DNA from: the human T2T-CHM13v2.0 reference genome, Homo sapiens
Strand: one strand, 5' to 3'
Assembly (NCBI RefSeq): GCF_009914755.1
Contig: NC_060927.1
Length of the DNA stretch: 64,000 bases
Shown here: positions 27,515 to 39,110 of the stretch, one piece after another
How positions within the stretch are numbered: position 1 is the first letter of the stretch
Layout: every line of letters begins with the position of its first letter
Program-made: the position numbers and the translations under genes
Notes under the pieces: model-generated
Databases searched by the model: none
Seen by the model: the letters and a program-made list of their open reading frames with translations, nothing else
What the model was told of the DNA's origin: nothing

Positions 27515-28502
27515 CAGAGGATGACCAAGTGACTCAGTTTAGACAACTCCAAATGAGAAAATGTTATGGAATCATTTAGGACATTGTGCTGAGTCCTTAA
27601 TTACAACCTACACTTAAGAATTCTGTGACACTCTGGATTTTGATACTCATTTACCTAATTCATCTGAAAGACATATTTATTTATAATCTTAGCCTTAAAT
27701 CCTCATTGGTAATAATAAAGCTGTGATTTTCAGTTGGTGGTGGTCTCATTAGAGTATTGTAAAGTCCTAGGACACATTAGAAAAGAAACATTCTTTATGT
27801 AAGAACTAAAGCAAATACAGCTAAGAAGCCACACCTTTTATATCAGATCAGCTACTGCCTTTGATTTTTATCTCTGTGATGCAATTACTACAGTTTAATA
27901 TACTTCTCCCATCTATGGTCCCTTACCCACCACACTAAAATTTAAAAAAGAAATTATACTTTTCTCATGTGGATTCAGAGATTAATTATCAAAATTAAGG
28001 AATAGCAATAACTTCATTGAAAGTAAAGTAAGGGAATGAATAGTGATTACTTCTTCCAGTCCTTCCTGTGTGAGGGTCATCTAAGAGAATATCATCCCGA
28101 ATTCAGCTGCTGATTCCCAGGGAAACTGTCAGCAGTGGCATCCTGTAAAGATCTGCTCTATTTAAGTGACAAAAATGCTAATCAAAATGGAGAGGAAAAT
28201 TTTATAACTAAATAGAAAACTTCGATTTAATAATTATTTATCGAGGGAAAATTATTGACTGAGTAATGTAAGGACATGAAAAAAGTATGAAACATGGCCT
28301 CTACCCTCACACAATATAGTTGGGAAGAATTAAAAAAACCACAAAATTTCTAAGAAACAATAAAATATTATGTATCATTAGCTTCATGGAAGAGCTAAAT
28401 ATTGTTGAATGTCAGCAATATACATTTTGTAATTTTTAACTCCTCTAGTTTTCAGTGTCTTCATCAGTAAGATATGAACAATAATCTTCCCAAAGTGAGG
28501 GT

Positions 28503-29001
28503 TGCCGAGTCTGTCCCGCAGGCTCTGGCCGGGCGATGGATGGAAGAAGTTCGCTGACGTAGGTATTTTGCCTGACAGCGCGACTAGGGGACCACACGGC
28601 TCTGCCTCGCCGACGAGAGAGTCCAGCAGCCACCGAGAGTGCAGGCCCCATAAGTCAGCCCCGCTCGAATTTATTTAGTACAGGTTTAATGACAAAGGCT
28701 TGGAGTAAACACAATTTGTGGGTAATAAACACTGTTGACCTCCCCTCCCCGCCCCGAGTAGAGAGCAGTCCTGCACGCAAATGATCAAAGTTTGATTTCT
28801 GGAGGCAGGAGTAAATAAATTTATCTAGTTAAGGTCCTTTACATTCCCTTGTTATCTAACCCTTGCTCTTAAGAAAATTTAACCACCTTCAGCCAAATAC
28901 TCTTTCGAAGCTTTTGCAAAACCTCCTGGACTTCCAAGAAGGTTTGCATCTTTCCCTATAATTTTTATAACTTTTCCCACCACCCTGACTGATCTCCTAC
29001 A
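28503..29001 (-). mobile_element. ERVK (HML-5/HERV-K22) solo LTR22, inserted into a MIR
   Basis: Minus strand starts TGTAGGAGATCAGTCAGGGTGGTGGGAAAAGTTATAAAAATTATAGGGAAAGATGCAAACCTTCTTGGAAG and ends ...CGGCA. TSD AGGGT/AGGAT. The flanks join into MIR (GTGAGGATTAAATG). Confidence 0.88.
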
Positions 29002-30399
29002 AGGATTAAATGGGATAAGGTGGAGGTACTCAATATGGGGTACTATTACTTTTCACATTTTTTATACACTATACTGTTGCCCTTTTCCCTACAGCCAAAC
29101 AATTGAATATGAAAGATACAAACCTATTAAAGTGAGATTATTGTTCAGTAGGGTAAAGACTTACCAAACCAGGTGATCTATGTCAATAGAAACAAGATAT
29201 AAACTCAGGAGCTCAAATCAAGCCAAAATAAACTTCTACTGAAAGAAACTTAAAGAGGGAGAGAAAGTGTAATTTGGTCCACTTCAGGGCTTAAATAACC
29301 TGAAAGGAGTCAATTAACTAATCAGAAACAGATTAAATAGTCTGATGCTCAATAAATGTATCTTGTGAAAATATAAAAAAACAAGAATGAAAAAAGATAC
29401 TTCCATGCACATGAAATCTAGGATTTGAGGGGCAAACCTGAATTTCAGTCTAGACAAATGGCAAACCAGTAGCTATAGGCCTTCACCATTTAATCCCTAG
29501 GATTTCCCCAGGGAAAGACAGGAATGAAGAAAAGTGTGTATGCTTTCTCAGCAAATATGGCTTCAGAAGAAACAATCTTGTTCACCTTCTAAACAGATTA
29601 AACCTAAGATACTCCTACCTAAAATTTCTGACACCATTACTGTGTGAGTTTGGGGCAAAAGAGACAGTGTATACCTTAGTCAATAAACAGAGCAGCTTAG
29701 ATTTACGTACACAAAAATACGTATTAGATAAGAAATTGGAAGTGAAACAAGAGGTGACGGTTGAAGTCTGATCATTATTTTAAGCTCTGCAAAGCAGAAT
29801 TAAATAACAAGACTGGTATTTATGATATTTGCTGTCATTTTAGACATGTGTCTTTGTAATATTTTGTTAGACTTACAAGATTTAGACATTTGTTGTTGCC
29901 CCATCTTGCAACCACAGTGTTTTTTACCAGTCAAGCACTGATCTGAACTACAGATCAAAGGTACATATCTAAACCATGGATTTTCATCTCATTATCCTTG
30001 TTAAATGAAATCAGAACACTTGACTGAAGCTACTGAAAAGATACATAAACCAGTATTACTAGACTTTATACTTAGATGAAATAAAATATGAAAAGTATGA
30101 ATTTGGCAGTGTTACATCATATAATCACTTAATTCAGGAGAATTCAATCTTACTTGTTTATCTAGTTTTATGATGCCTGTAATTAAGTAATCAAAAAATT
30201 AAAAATAAGTAAAAATAAAAACAGTGTAAGTAGTGCAGTTAATTTTGTCTACCACTACATCCAGCAGGCACATACCTTATCCTAAAATGAGTGTGAGATA
30301 GGAAATGTGTAACTCCTATTATTTTAGTCTTTTACATTTCTAGCATTCCTGTGTATGTGAGCAATTTACTTCATTGAATGTAATTTAAATATTTAAAGA

Positions 30400-30463
30400 T
30401 TAATATATATGTACATATATATACACACGTTTACATGTATATATATACACACCCACATACATA
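30400..30463. repeat. (TA)n/(CA)n mixed simple repeat
   Basis: TAATATATATGTACATATATATACACACG...TATATATACACACCCACATACATAC. Confidence 0.8.
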
Positions 30464-31882
30464 CTTTTTTGACTCACCATAGCTCTTAAACACAAGCCAA
30501 CCACTTGTTCCCTCTAAAAAAGAACATCACTGTATACATTATATATTTATAGGTGTGTAATGCTGCACAGGATTGTATTTTAAAAGCATCCATTTGTGCT
30601 CTATGAACCTTTCAGAGGTTTTTCAAATTTAACTTTGACTCTATAAAGTTTTATCCTTACCTATAGGCAGCAGTACCTAACCTCTACCAAGGCTGCCTCT
30701 ATGCTTGTTAGTTTACAAGGGAAATAAGGTTTTGGGAAAACTAGAAAATTGAAGGCAGAAATACAGCTTAACATTGACTCTCTTTGTAATCACAGATGAA
30801 ATGTCTTAAGAATCAAATCTGGAGGGCCCCAGATAGGGCAGAAGTAACCACAATTCAAAAAAACATTACAAAAGATCAGATGTTGGTAAAATAATACTTC
30901 AGAGTGAAAAGTTCTTGGTCAGAAGCTTTCAAAAAATGATTACTTAATTGTCAAAATATGATAAATATGAGAAGAGAAAAAGCAGCTTTTAAAAGACTGA
31001 CAAATCAGAAAGAGGTAGATATAACAAGTTTTGAGATCTGCCTTGAAGAAACTTAAAACAGAGAAATAAAAGTCAAGTGAGGAGTCAGGGTAGTGAAAAC
31101 GGCTGTATAAAAACACCAAGGAGAGGAAAGAATGGGGAACAAATCAGAGTATCTCATTAAGGCCAGGGTGCCCCCAAAATGACAAGTATTATTCATGGAA
31201 ATGTCTGTGAATGGAAACCATGAGGACAATTGCTTATGGGATCAAGAGGCTGTCTTTTCCATGGATTATTAGTGGCTGGGGAGCCATGACCCGAAACTAT
31301 CCTTCCTCTTTGAGTGGGAGCCAAAAGAGATGTTAGAAAGTGATGATGGGAGGTCTAAGGAAAGATAAAATGATACGCCTAATGAGGGTTACTTTGGGAA
31401 ATAGAATTAACCAGATCATGAGCCAAAGACAAAGAATGAGGCCATGGGCAAAGGGAATGAGCCACCCAATCTATACACTAAATTAAAAGTAGCAATATGT
31501 AAATATCTGACTCACCCCCAAAAAACTATGAAGAATGTGCTTGCTTATCTCATGTATCCAAGCTTCTCAGGTTGGTGGGATGATTATGGTGAAGAAATGG
31601 AAGGACAAGCAATGGAATCAAGCTAACGTGAGGTTAAGAAAGGCAGTTCTGCAGGTAGCTCTACAAACTGTTTTATACTTTGAATGTCATGCAATATTTT
31701 GCGCTAGATATGATCAGAGCTTGTCTCTTAAGAGACAGAGTTACCCCAGGTGTCTTGTTATTCACTCTCTCTGAAGTAAGGTTTTGGCCATTCTCAGAAG
31801 ACTCCAAAGTGGCAAGTGACAATAATTTATTCTCAGATAGAAAAGATGCAAACTCTTATAGTACTAACATGTTTTTCTTACA

Positions 31883-32036
31883 AAATATTTTACTAAAATA
31901 ACGTGATATTTTAGTAAAATATTTATTAAGAAATATTCTAATAAAATAAAATATTAAAATATTTTAATAAAATAAGAACTATTTTGATAAAATAGCTGAT
32001 TTTAATAAAATAAAAATAATTTTAATAAAATAATAT
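31883..32036. repeat. AT-rich low-complexity tract beginning with a perfect 18-bp inverted repeat
   Basis: AAATATTTTACTAAAATA-ACGTGA-TATTTTAGTAAAATATTT, then degenerate TTAATAAAATA units. Confidence 0.85.
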
Positions 32037-32114
32037 ATGCCAAAGACATTACTAAATTTCTTTTACCTTGTTAGCATGTTTGGAGCATCAATTAACCTAA
32101 CAGACAGAAGTTTC

Positions 32115-32325
32115 AGGTTTTAGAATCAAACAAACCTAGATTTCAATCTTAGCTTCTCCACTTAGTAGACATAGGACTAATAAGTTTCAGTTTCCTCACC
32201 TTTTAATCAGCTACAAAAATTAGCTAGCTTAAAACTTTTTTGAAAGTATTAAATAAGATAGTATATGCAGATATGTTGCTGTCTGTGAAAATATAAGTAT
32301 TTAATAAAGGTAACTACAAGTATTA
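32115..32325 (+). mobile_element. MIR SINE
   Basis: TAGAATCAAACAAACCTAGATTTCAATCTTAGCTTCTCCACTTAGTAG...CAGTTTCCTCACCT...ATTAAATAAGATA. Confidence 0.65.
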
Positions 32326-32501
32326 ACTAAACATCACTTGAAATAAATATTTTTAAGATTTAGTTCTCAAGCCCATCTGAGACTAGTACATGACAGAGAC
32401 ACATATTTTCTTATTCACAATCACAGTGATTATGAAACTCATTAGGTACTTGTATAGCTATCACGGTACAAGCACCTTTCATTTATTAGAGCCTTAAATT
32501 T

Positions 32502-32704
32502 CTTTTTTTTTTTTTTTAAAGACAGAGTCTCGCTCTGTCGCCAGGCTGGAGTGCAGTGGCACTCAGCTCACTGCAACCCCCACCTCTTGGGTTCAAGCAA
32601 TTCTCCTGCCTCAGCCTCCCAAGTAGCTGGGATTACAGGTGTGCGCCACCACGCTCAGCTAATTTTTGTGTTTTTAGTACAGACAGGGTTTCACCATGTT
32701 GGCC
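32502..32704 (-). mobile_element. 5'-truncated Alu, AluSc-like
   Basis: Poly(T), right arm and part of left arm. CTGTCGCCAGGCTGG is AluSc-type. TSD GCCTTA(A/G)ATTT at 32491-32501 and 32702-32712. Confidence 0.9.
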
Positions 32705-35700
32705 TTAGATTTTAAAATGGTCTAAGCTAAGATGAGCAAAGCAACAATTTCTATACCTTTTCTGTAATCACATACTTGAGCCCTATGTAAATATAAGCAA
32801 AAGTGTAAATTGAGTAATATTATCCTAAAGGGGAAGAAAATAACAAGTGATAAACTGGTTTTCAAGGACTTGTTTGTTTTCAAATAACAATAGATACAAG
32901 CCACAATATTTATATAAATAAAAAATCAAATCATCCGATCACAAAATCCAAGGACATATTTTCAAGTCATAAATATTAATAAGCCAAGTTTGACTTCAAA
33001 TATTAACATGACTGAATCAGCCAGATGTTCTTCCATGTATTTTTGTGATTTTGATTTCTGCACAGATATTCATTCCACCATAAAAATGTGTTCAAAGATT
33101 GTGAAAATATCACTAGAAATTGAAAGATAGAAATAAATGGAATGCAATATGATTCCTGAATCTTTTATTGGTGTATACCTATTATGGTTATATTAATAGT
33201 TCCATCATGATAACAACAGTTAATGTTGAGAAGGTGTGTGAAATGGTAGGTCAGCTAAGGGATCAACTAAAGAAACCAGTGATATTCAGTTTCCATTTAT
33301 GTATTCTCCTGGTCTCTTTTCAGCCAGCATAGAAAATCACCAGCTCTTGGCCAAATATTGTAGTCCCCACATACACAGTTGAAGGGAAAGACTGTCATTA
33401 TATTGCTAATATTTGTGAAAATATGACATGACTTTTAAAAAGTCATTTTAAAAAGACATTTAAAAAGTCAAAAGATGTAGCAATTGCCTTTGAAGCATGT
33501 TTCCTGTGTCTGTTTCCTCTTCTTCATTTTTGTGCAAGATATCTACCTCTCCATGCAGGCCCTTGAGTCTGCTTTACTCTCTGTAACACCTCCCTCTCTA
33601 TCTCTGCTTGTTTACTAAGAGTATCATAAGATGAAAATCAAGTCCATGACAGATGGGCATAAGCAGTGATCATAAGATAAATTTGATGAAAGCATGGGGT
33701 AAGCACCAAAAGCAAACTGCTATAGCAGATACCAGTATCTATTACAGGGACTCAGTACATATTTCTAGAATGGATATTTCATTTAACCCCACTAATAACA
33801 CAGTAAAATATGTGTTATTATTCCCTATTAATAAATAGAAAAACTGGTGTTAAACTAGATTGGGTAAATTGCACAGCAAAAAATAAAAATATAGCAAACT
33901 GGAAAGAAAAATTACATCAAACAGAATGTGAAGTACATGTTTTTGCCTTTATTCCATTATTCCGTATTTGCCTTCACACTGGTCTCTGTCTGTATATGTA
34001 TGTGTCATATATATGTGTCTCTTCATTTTAACATTGTTTCTTCCTATCTCTTCTGGCTTTTATTCCCTTATAATAACTATAACATCACACAAAAGTTTAC
34101 AACATTTGCTGCAATTATCAAGTAACACTTTATGTTCTCTGGTTCTCATTTCTAAAAGGAATTTGGAGGCATAAAGGAAAATGTTGAATATGTCTTATTT
34201 GAAAAAAAGAGAGAGAGAAAGAGACAGCGCAAGTACAAAACCCTGTAATTTTTTTTCTCCCCACGGATCAGGTCAATAATAAAAAATAATAATTTTATAT
34301 CCCTCCCTATATCATAAAACAATATCTCTTATTTTATTGCTACTAGGCAAGTAAACCAAAATCAAAGACTTCATATTTTTTAATGTGTATACTTAAGTAG
34401 CTTAAAGTATAATAGGAAATACAGCAGATGTAGGAATTGAAAACATAAAGCCATTTTTAGCTAATTATACTTTTTAAACTAACATTTATTTTTAAGCTCA
34501 TTCTGCTGCATTTATCATGGTCATCATAAAGTCAAAGTAGATGGGAAGCAAAAGCAGAGCGGGGGCAGTTAGAAGAAGAAAGACAGAAGAAAAAAGATGT
34601 TAGGTCAGTTGAGGATTGGGGTAAGAGGGAAAGAGAATAGACCAGGGAAAATAGCACTTTATGTGAAGAGAATTAAGATTTTTCTTTTTTCAAAAAGCTG
34701 TTAGGGAAGAAAACAGAACCCCAACCCATGCAGAAGATAGACATATAATTAGATATTTAACATAATACAGAAAGAGATGGCATTGAGGCATGTTAGAGTA
34801 ATAAGAATGCCATAGATATTAATAGGACACTTAGCCTAATCTGGGGATGTAGGGAGAAGGAGATTTTGAAGGGTTTGCCCAGTAGAAGTCTTACAGGATG
34901 AATAAGAGCGAACAAGAATAGGAAGGCCATTCCAGGCCAAGCCAAATCAAAGCACTAAGAAAATGTGTTGTGTGCTGAGGGGCATAGCAATCTGAAGTTA
35001 CTGGAATATAGCAGGTAATATGAAGAATAGTGGGAAATAAGTCAACAGATAGATACTTGCAAGTTCATAGAGAGTTTGTCCCTTAGTGTGGGAGTAGTGC
35101 CTGGAATCGATGTAAAGTAATATGATCTGCAGTCATTGTTTGGTTACCTTATAATTATTGCAAAGTAGATTTGTTTATATTTTCCCAGCCTTTCATCACC
35201 ACTGACTCCTTTCATACAAAATTAAAGTAAACATATAAAACATGGACAATTCTTCAACATTCTTTTAAAGAGAGCTATCATTATCATGGAAGCTTTTAAT
35301 GTTTTTAAGCTGAAGACAAAAAAAATTAAAAATATGAGTGAATATTCCTAACAGCAGAGGTGATTTTTTTTCATGCCTGCAGCATGGAGGAATGAATTTC
35401 AACTTAGCAAACACAATGGTAAGTCCTTTATTTTTGTCACTTACAAATGAATAGTAGCAAGATCTCATTTTTTCAATTGCTTTTTTAAATACACATGTCA
35501 CGATTAAAGCTTTTGAAAAGTGTAGAAGTCCCAGAAAATTATGAGGCAGTCATGTAGCACTGGAGTCCTCTGATCTCCATGACCTTCCAGGCCTAATGAT
35601 TATTTTCAATCTTGTAAAATGTAGATAAATCAGCAGAAACCAAATCAAGCTGCTCCACAGCAAATGCCTGACCTCAAGTTGTCTGCAATTTCTTTTCACT

Positions 35701-36623
35701 CAAATAGGATGTCTCCTTTCAAATTCTCTACTCCATTTAGCACATGCAATTTCTAAATCCATAACATATTCATTCACTTTTTTGTCTCTCCTGAGAAATG
35801 TGCCCTGTTCTTGGCATGCTGGGATAACTAAATGAATTTTCCTTCAAAAGGCCAATGTTTTCTAAACTCACTGATTTATCTCAGTCTGCATCCATCAACT
35901 TTTGAGTATCCGTCTGTGTTCAGTGCTATGCTAGCTACAGTGGGAGACACCAATAAAACTCCAAGAAAAGAAACTCGGTACTTTTCTCATTGACTTTATG
36001 ATCAAGTTTTGGGAGACAAGACAACATGCATACAACATCTAGGAAACAATTTGAGACAGTGTATAATTAAGTGTTGAATGTAGTACTGACTGTAAGTGCA
36101 CAATTCTTCACTAATTACCAATTGCTTTAAGGAAATAATACTTAACTTTGGGGATTTCAATCACAATTTCTCTGTAAGCCTTAATTCTTGAAACCAGCAA
36201 TTCAATTCATTTCAAAGAGTTACAAACATACCCTGGTTTAGCAAATTATCAGCATTGTTCTCAGAAATGTTTTTTTCCATTAAGCAATTAATTTAAATCC
36301 TGATTGTTCTGACCGCCAGGGCCTTTCGGGAGGTGCTTGTTTCTCAGACACAATTTGATTTTTCAAATGAATTTTCAACTGGTGCAGGATTCAGAGCCCT
36401 GAGGGGAATGAATATGTTTTCTATCTAGAAGCAGGAAAAAAGGAGAAGTCCATAGCAGGCCAGTTCTCCCCTCTCGTGGGAATGAAACTCCAGCCCTGGG
36501 CTTTCCTTTTTCCTGTCTTCCTTTCTTTTCTTTTAGCTACTTTTCTTTCCCTCTTCCTGTCTCCCCTACTTTGATTGTCTTATGGCCCCTCTTCTGCCTT
36601 TGTTTTAGTCTGGCTGTAACATT

Positions 36624-37295
36624 TGATGCAGAAGGGCTGGGCTCCCAGCTAAACCCCACCTTTAAGCCTGGAACTGCAACTCTAAGTGAAAACAGTTGAC
36701 CCCATTTTTCCACCCAAATGTTGCCTTCTTGGTCTGCCATGCCCCTATCCTGGACCCATAAAAAAGACTTCAACTGGCAGAGCAACACAGGTGGCTGAGG
36801 GGCGAGGATACAAGTGGCTGATGGGCGAGGATACAAGTGGCTGAGCGGCGAGTAGAAAAGTAACTTAGTGTCTGAGACTACAGATAGATGCATCTAACTT
36901 CAGACAGTGCAGCTTCAGGGAAAGATCACCTTCTTCCCACACCATCTCTTTTCAAACTCCCCATCCTGCCGAGAGCCACTTCCATTGCTCAATAAAATAT
37001 CCTGCATACACTATCCTTCAGTCCGTTCACGTGACCTGATTCCTTCTGGATGTGAGATAAGAACATGGGTGCGGAGTGGTCGGGGCTTGAGGGTTGCTGC
37101 AGGGCCCACACAAAGCCTGCTACCGCCAGAGAGGAGGGACCAGCTGGTTCCAGGGTTTCATTTGCTCTGGTTCCCACACTGTCTTGCTCACACACTCCCT
37201 CTTATGAGGAATGGCCAGCGGTGGGATGAGTGAAACAAGCCACTCCAGTTCCCACCTACTAAGGGGGTCAAGGTCAAGGGAACAATCCTGTCTCA
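36624..37295 (+). mobile_element. ERV1 solo LTR, LTR27/LTR1-like (HUERS-P group)
   Basis: TGATGCAG start, CTAAACCCCACCTTTAAGCCTGGAAC, GCCCCTATCCTGGACCCATAAAAA, GAGAGCCACTTCCATTGCTCAATAAAA, terminal CAAGGGAACAATCCTGTCTCA. Near TSD CATT/CATG. Confidence 0.8.
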
Positions 37296-37659
37296 CATGG
37301 CAGAAAAAGTCTCCTCACTGACACCCCTCAGAATGGAGGAGGCTCCTGACTCTGATCTTTGATGCCTCCCTTGCCAGCATGTTGGACAGGGGCATAGCAT
37401 GGATTATGGCAACAGAGAATAAGCTCTTTCCATCTATGGAACGTTTGGAACCTTTAGCCAGTTTCCAGTCAGCTAGTAGGTGTGCTAAGAGGATTGCAAA
37501 CATATTTTTCTCACTTCCTTCAGCTCCCCTGAGCATCTTCATGGATTCAATCAGCAAGGGCAGTGTAAAGGGCAGCCATACCCAAACTTGCCCTTTGTTT
37601 CCCTTTAACCAAGAAATAATGGACCGCTGTTATGTTTGAAATGACACTTGTTTCCTCTT

Positions 37660-38050
37660 CTGTCTGAATGTGGTATAGGCTAGAGGACAAGTACATGTTA
37701 CTCCACTTCTCTGAGCTTCTGTTTTCTCCTCAGTAAGAAAGTGGTATCCACACAATGAGTTGCTATGGAAATGAACTGAGAGGACAGCATGGCAGAAAAG
37801 AAAACACAGACTTCCCAGCTTCAAGTCCCAATTCTGCATCTTTCCAGGTAGATAGCCTGAACAAGTTGTATAACTTTTCTATGTTTTAAGTCCTCATCTC
37901 TAAACCAGGGATAATATCAGTATCTATTTCATGGACTTTATATCTCAGAATTCAATAAGTTGAATTATGTAATACATATACAAAACTCTGTAAATATTAG
38001 TCTTTGTTACGTAAAGCAACTTGTACATAGTTGATACTCTAAAAATGTAA
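37660..38050 (+). mobile_element. Two adjacent MIR fragments
   Basis: CTTCTCTGAGCTTCTGTTTTCTCCTCAGTAAG and CTTCAAGTCCCAATTCTGC...GAACAAGTTGTATAAC...CCTCATCTCTAAACCAGGGATAATA. Confidence 0.55.
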
Positions 38051-38559
38051 GTTCTCTTCTTTCTGTTCATTTGGAACTACTGGAGGGTGTAATCCCCAGG
38101 AGAATGACTACGGCTGTCTACTAGGAAATGTTATTTCCTTATGTTCACTGACCATCACAAAGCCTTCGGCCTTTAGTACACGAGCTTTCAGCAGATCTAG
38201 CTATATGCACTGAAGACTTCCTTAGTAAGTCACTAAAAACTCTAAATAATGGTCAAAATAGGACAAAAACGTGCCAACATCAAAAGCATTTTTGCAGTAG
38301 ACTGTGCAATTAGGAAATTTTAATTTGATGAACATAAAAATATCCAAGAATGCTCAAACAACTTAGATGATAAAAATAGAAATGAATGGATTTGAGAAAT
38401 TTCTGCTATTATTTTACTTTTTACAAGTCAATGGAAAACAAAATTTATGTAAGTGGTTGAATAAAGATATTTTTTCTTAACATATAGCCCTACCATAATT
38501 GATAGCATTTATCTTGTTCTACCTACAATGAGGGTTCAAAAGTGGTCTTGAGCATTTAG

Positions 38560-38740
38560 TAGATAAACAAAAGATGAAGAGAAAGGAATTTAAAGCATAT
38601 CACCAAAAAAGTCATCAAATCAAAAAGGAAGACAGCAAGAAAGGAAGAACTGAAAGTAGGAACTACAAAGCAATCAGAAAATGACTAACAAAATGGCAAT
38701 AGTAAGTCCTTACCTGTCAATAATTACTTCAAACAAAAGT
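38560..38740 (+). mobile_element. Old L1M fragment spanning the inter-ORF region and ORF2 start
   Basis: AATCAAAAAGGAAGACAGCAAGAAAGGAAGAA...AACAAAATGGCAATAGTAAGTCCTTACCTGTCAATAATTAC. Confidence 0.7.
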
Positions 38741-38899
38741 GTTTTTGATGGTGAGCACATTCCTGGGATTGACTAAACTGATGACAGGGGAATAAGAGTA
38801 CAATTTCCAGTAAGTCTCCCACCCTCCAATTACTAAAACTTTAATTAGTAATTTCTCTCCAAAGCTAAACACCCTGGGAGCCAGATTACTTATGTGATC

Positions 38900-39110
38900 A
38901 TGATAATGATAATGATGGCTGATACGTATTGAGTGCTTGCTCTATGTCAGACACTGTCCAATACATTTCACATCTCTTATCTGATCGACTTATATGATCA
39001 CATTTAATGCTATCACAGCTTAATGAGCAGAAACTATACTTTTTCTTTTTTACAAATAAGTTAGTTCAGAGAGTCAACTACCTTGCTCAAGTTCACACAA
39101 CTGAAAGGAT
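38900..39110 (-). mobile_element. MIR SINE
   Basis: TATTGAGTGCTTGCTCTATGTCAGACACTGT...TTTTACAAATAAG...TTCAGAGAG...CCTTGCTCAAGTTCACACAACT. Confidence 0.65.

Noticed and set aside
33428-33472. Palindrome ATGACTTTT-A-AAAAGTCAT followed by TTTAAAAAG(T/A)CA units
   Set aside because: Short and AT-rich; readily explained by slippage or chance.
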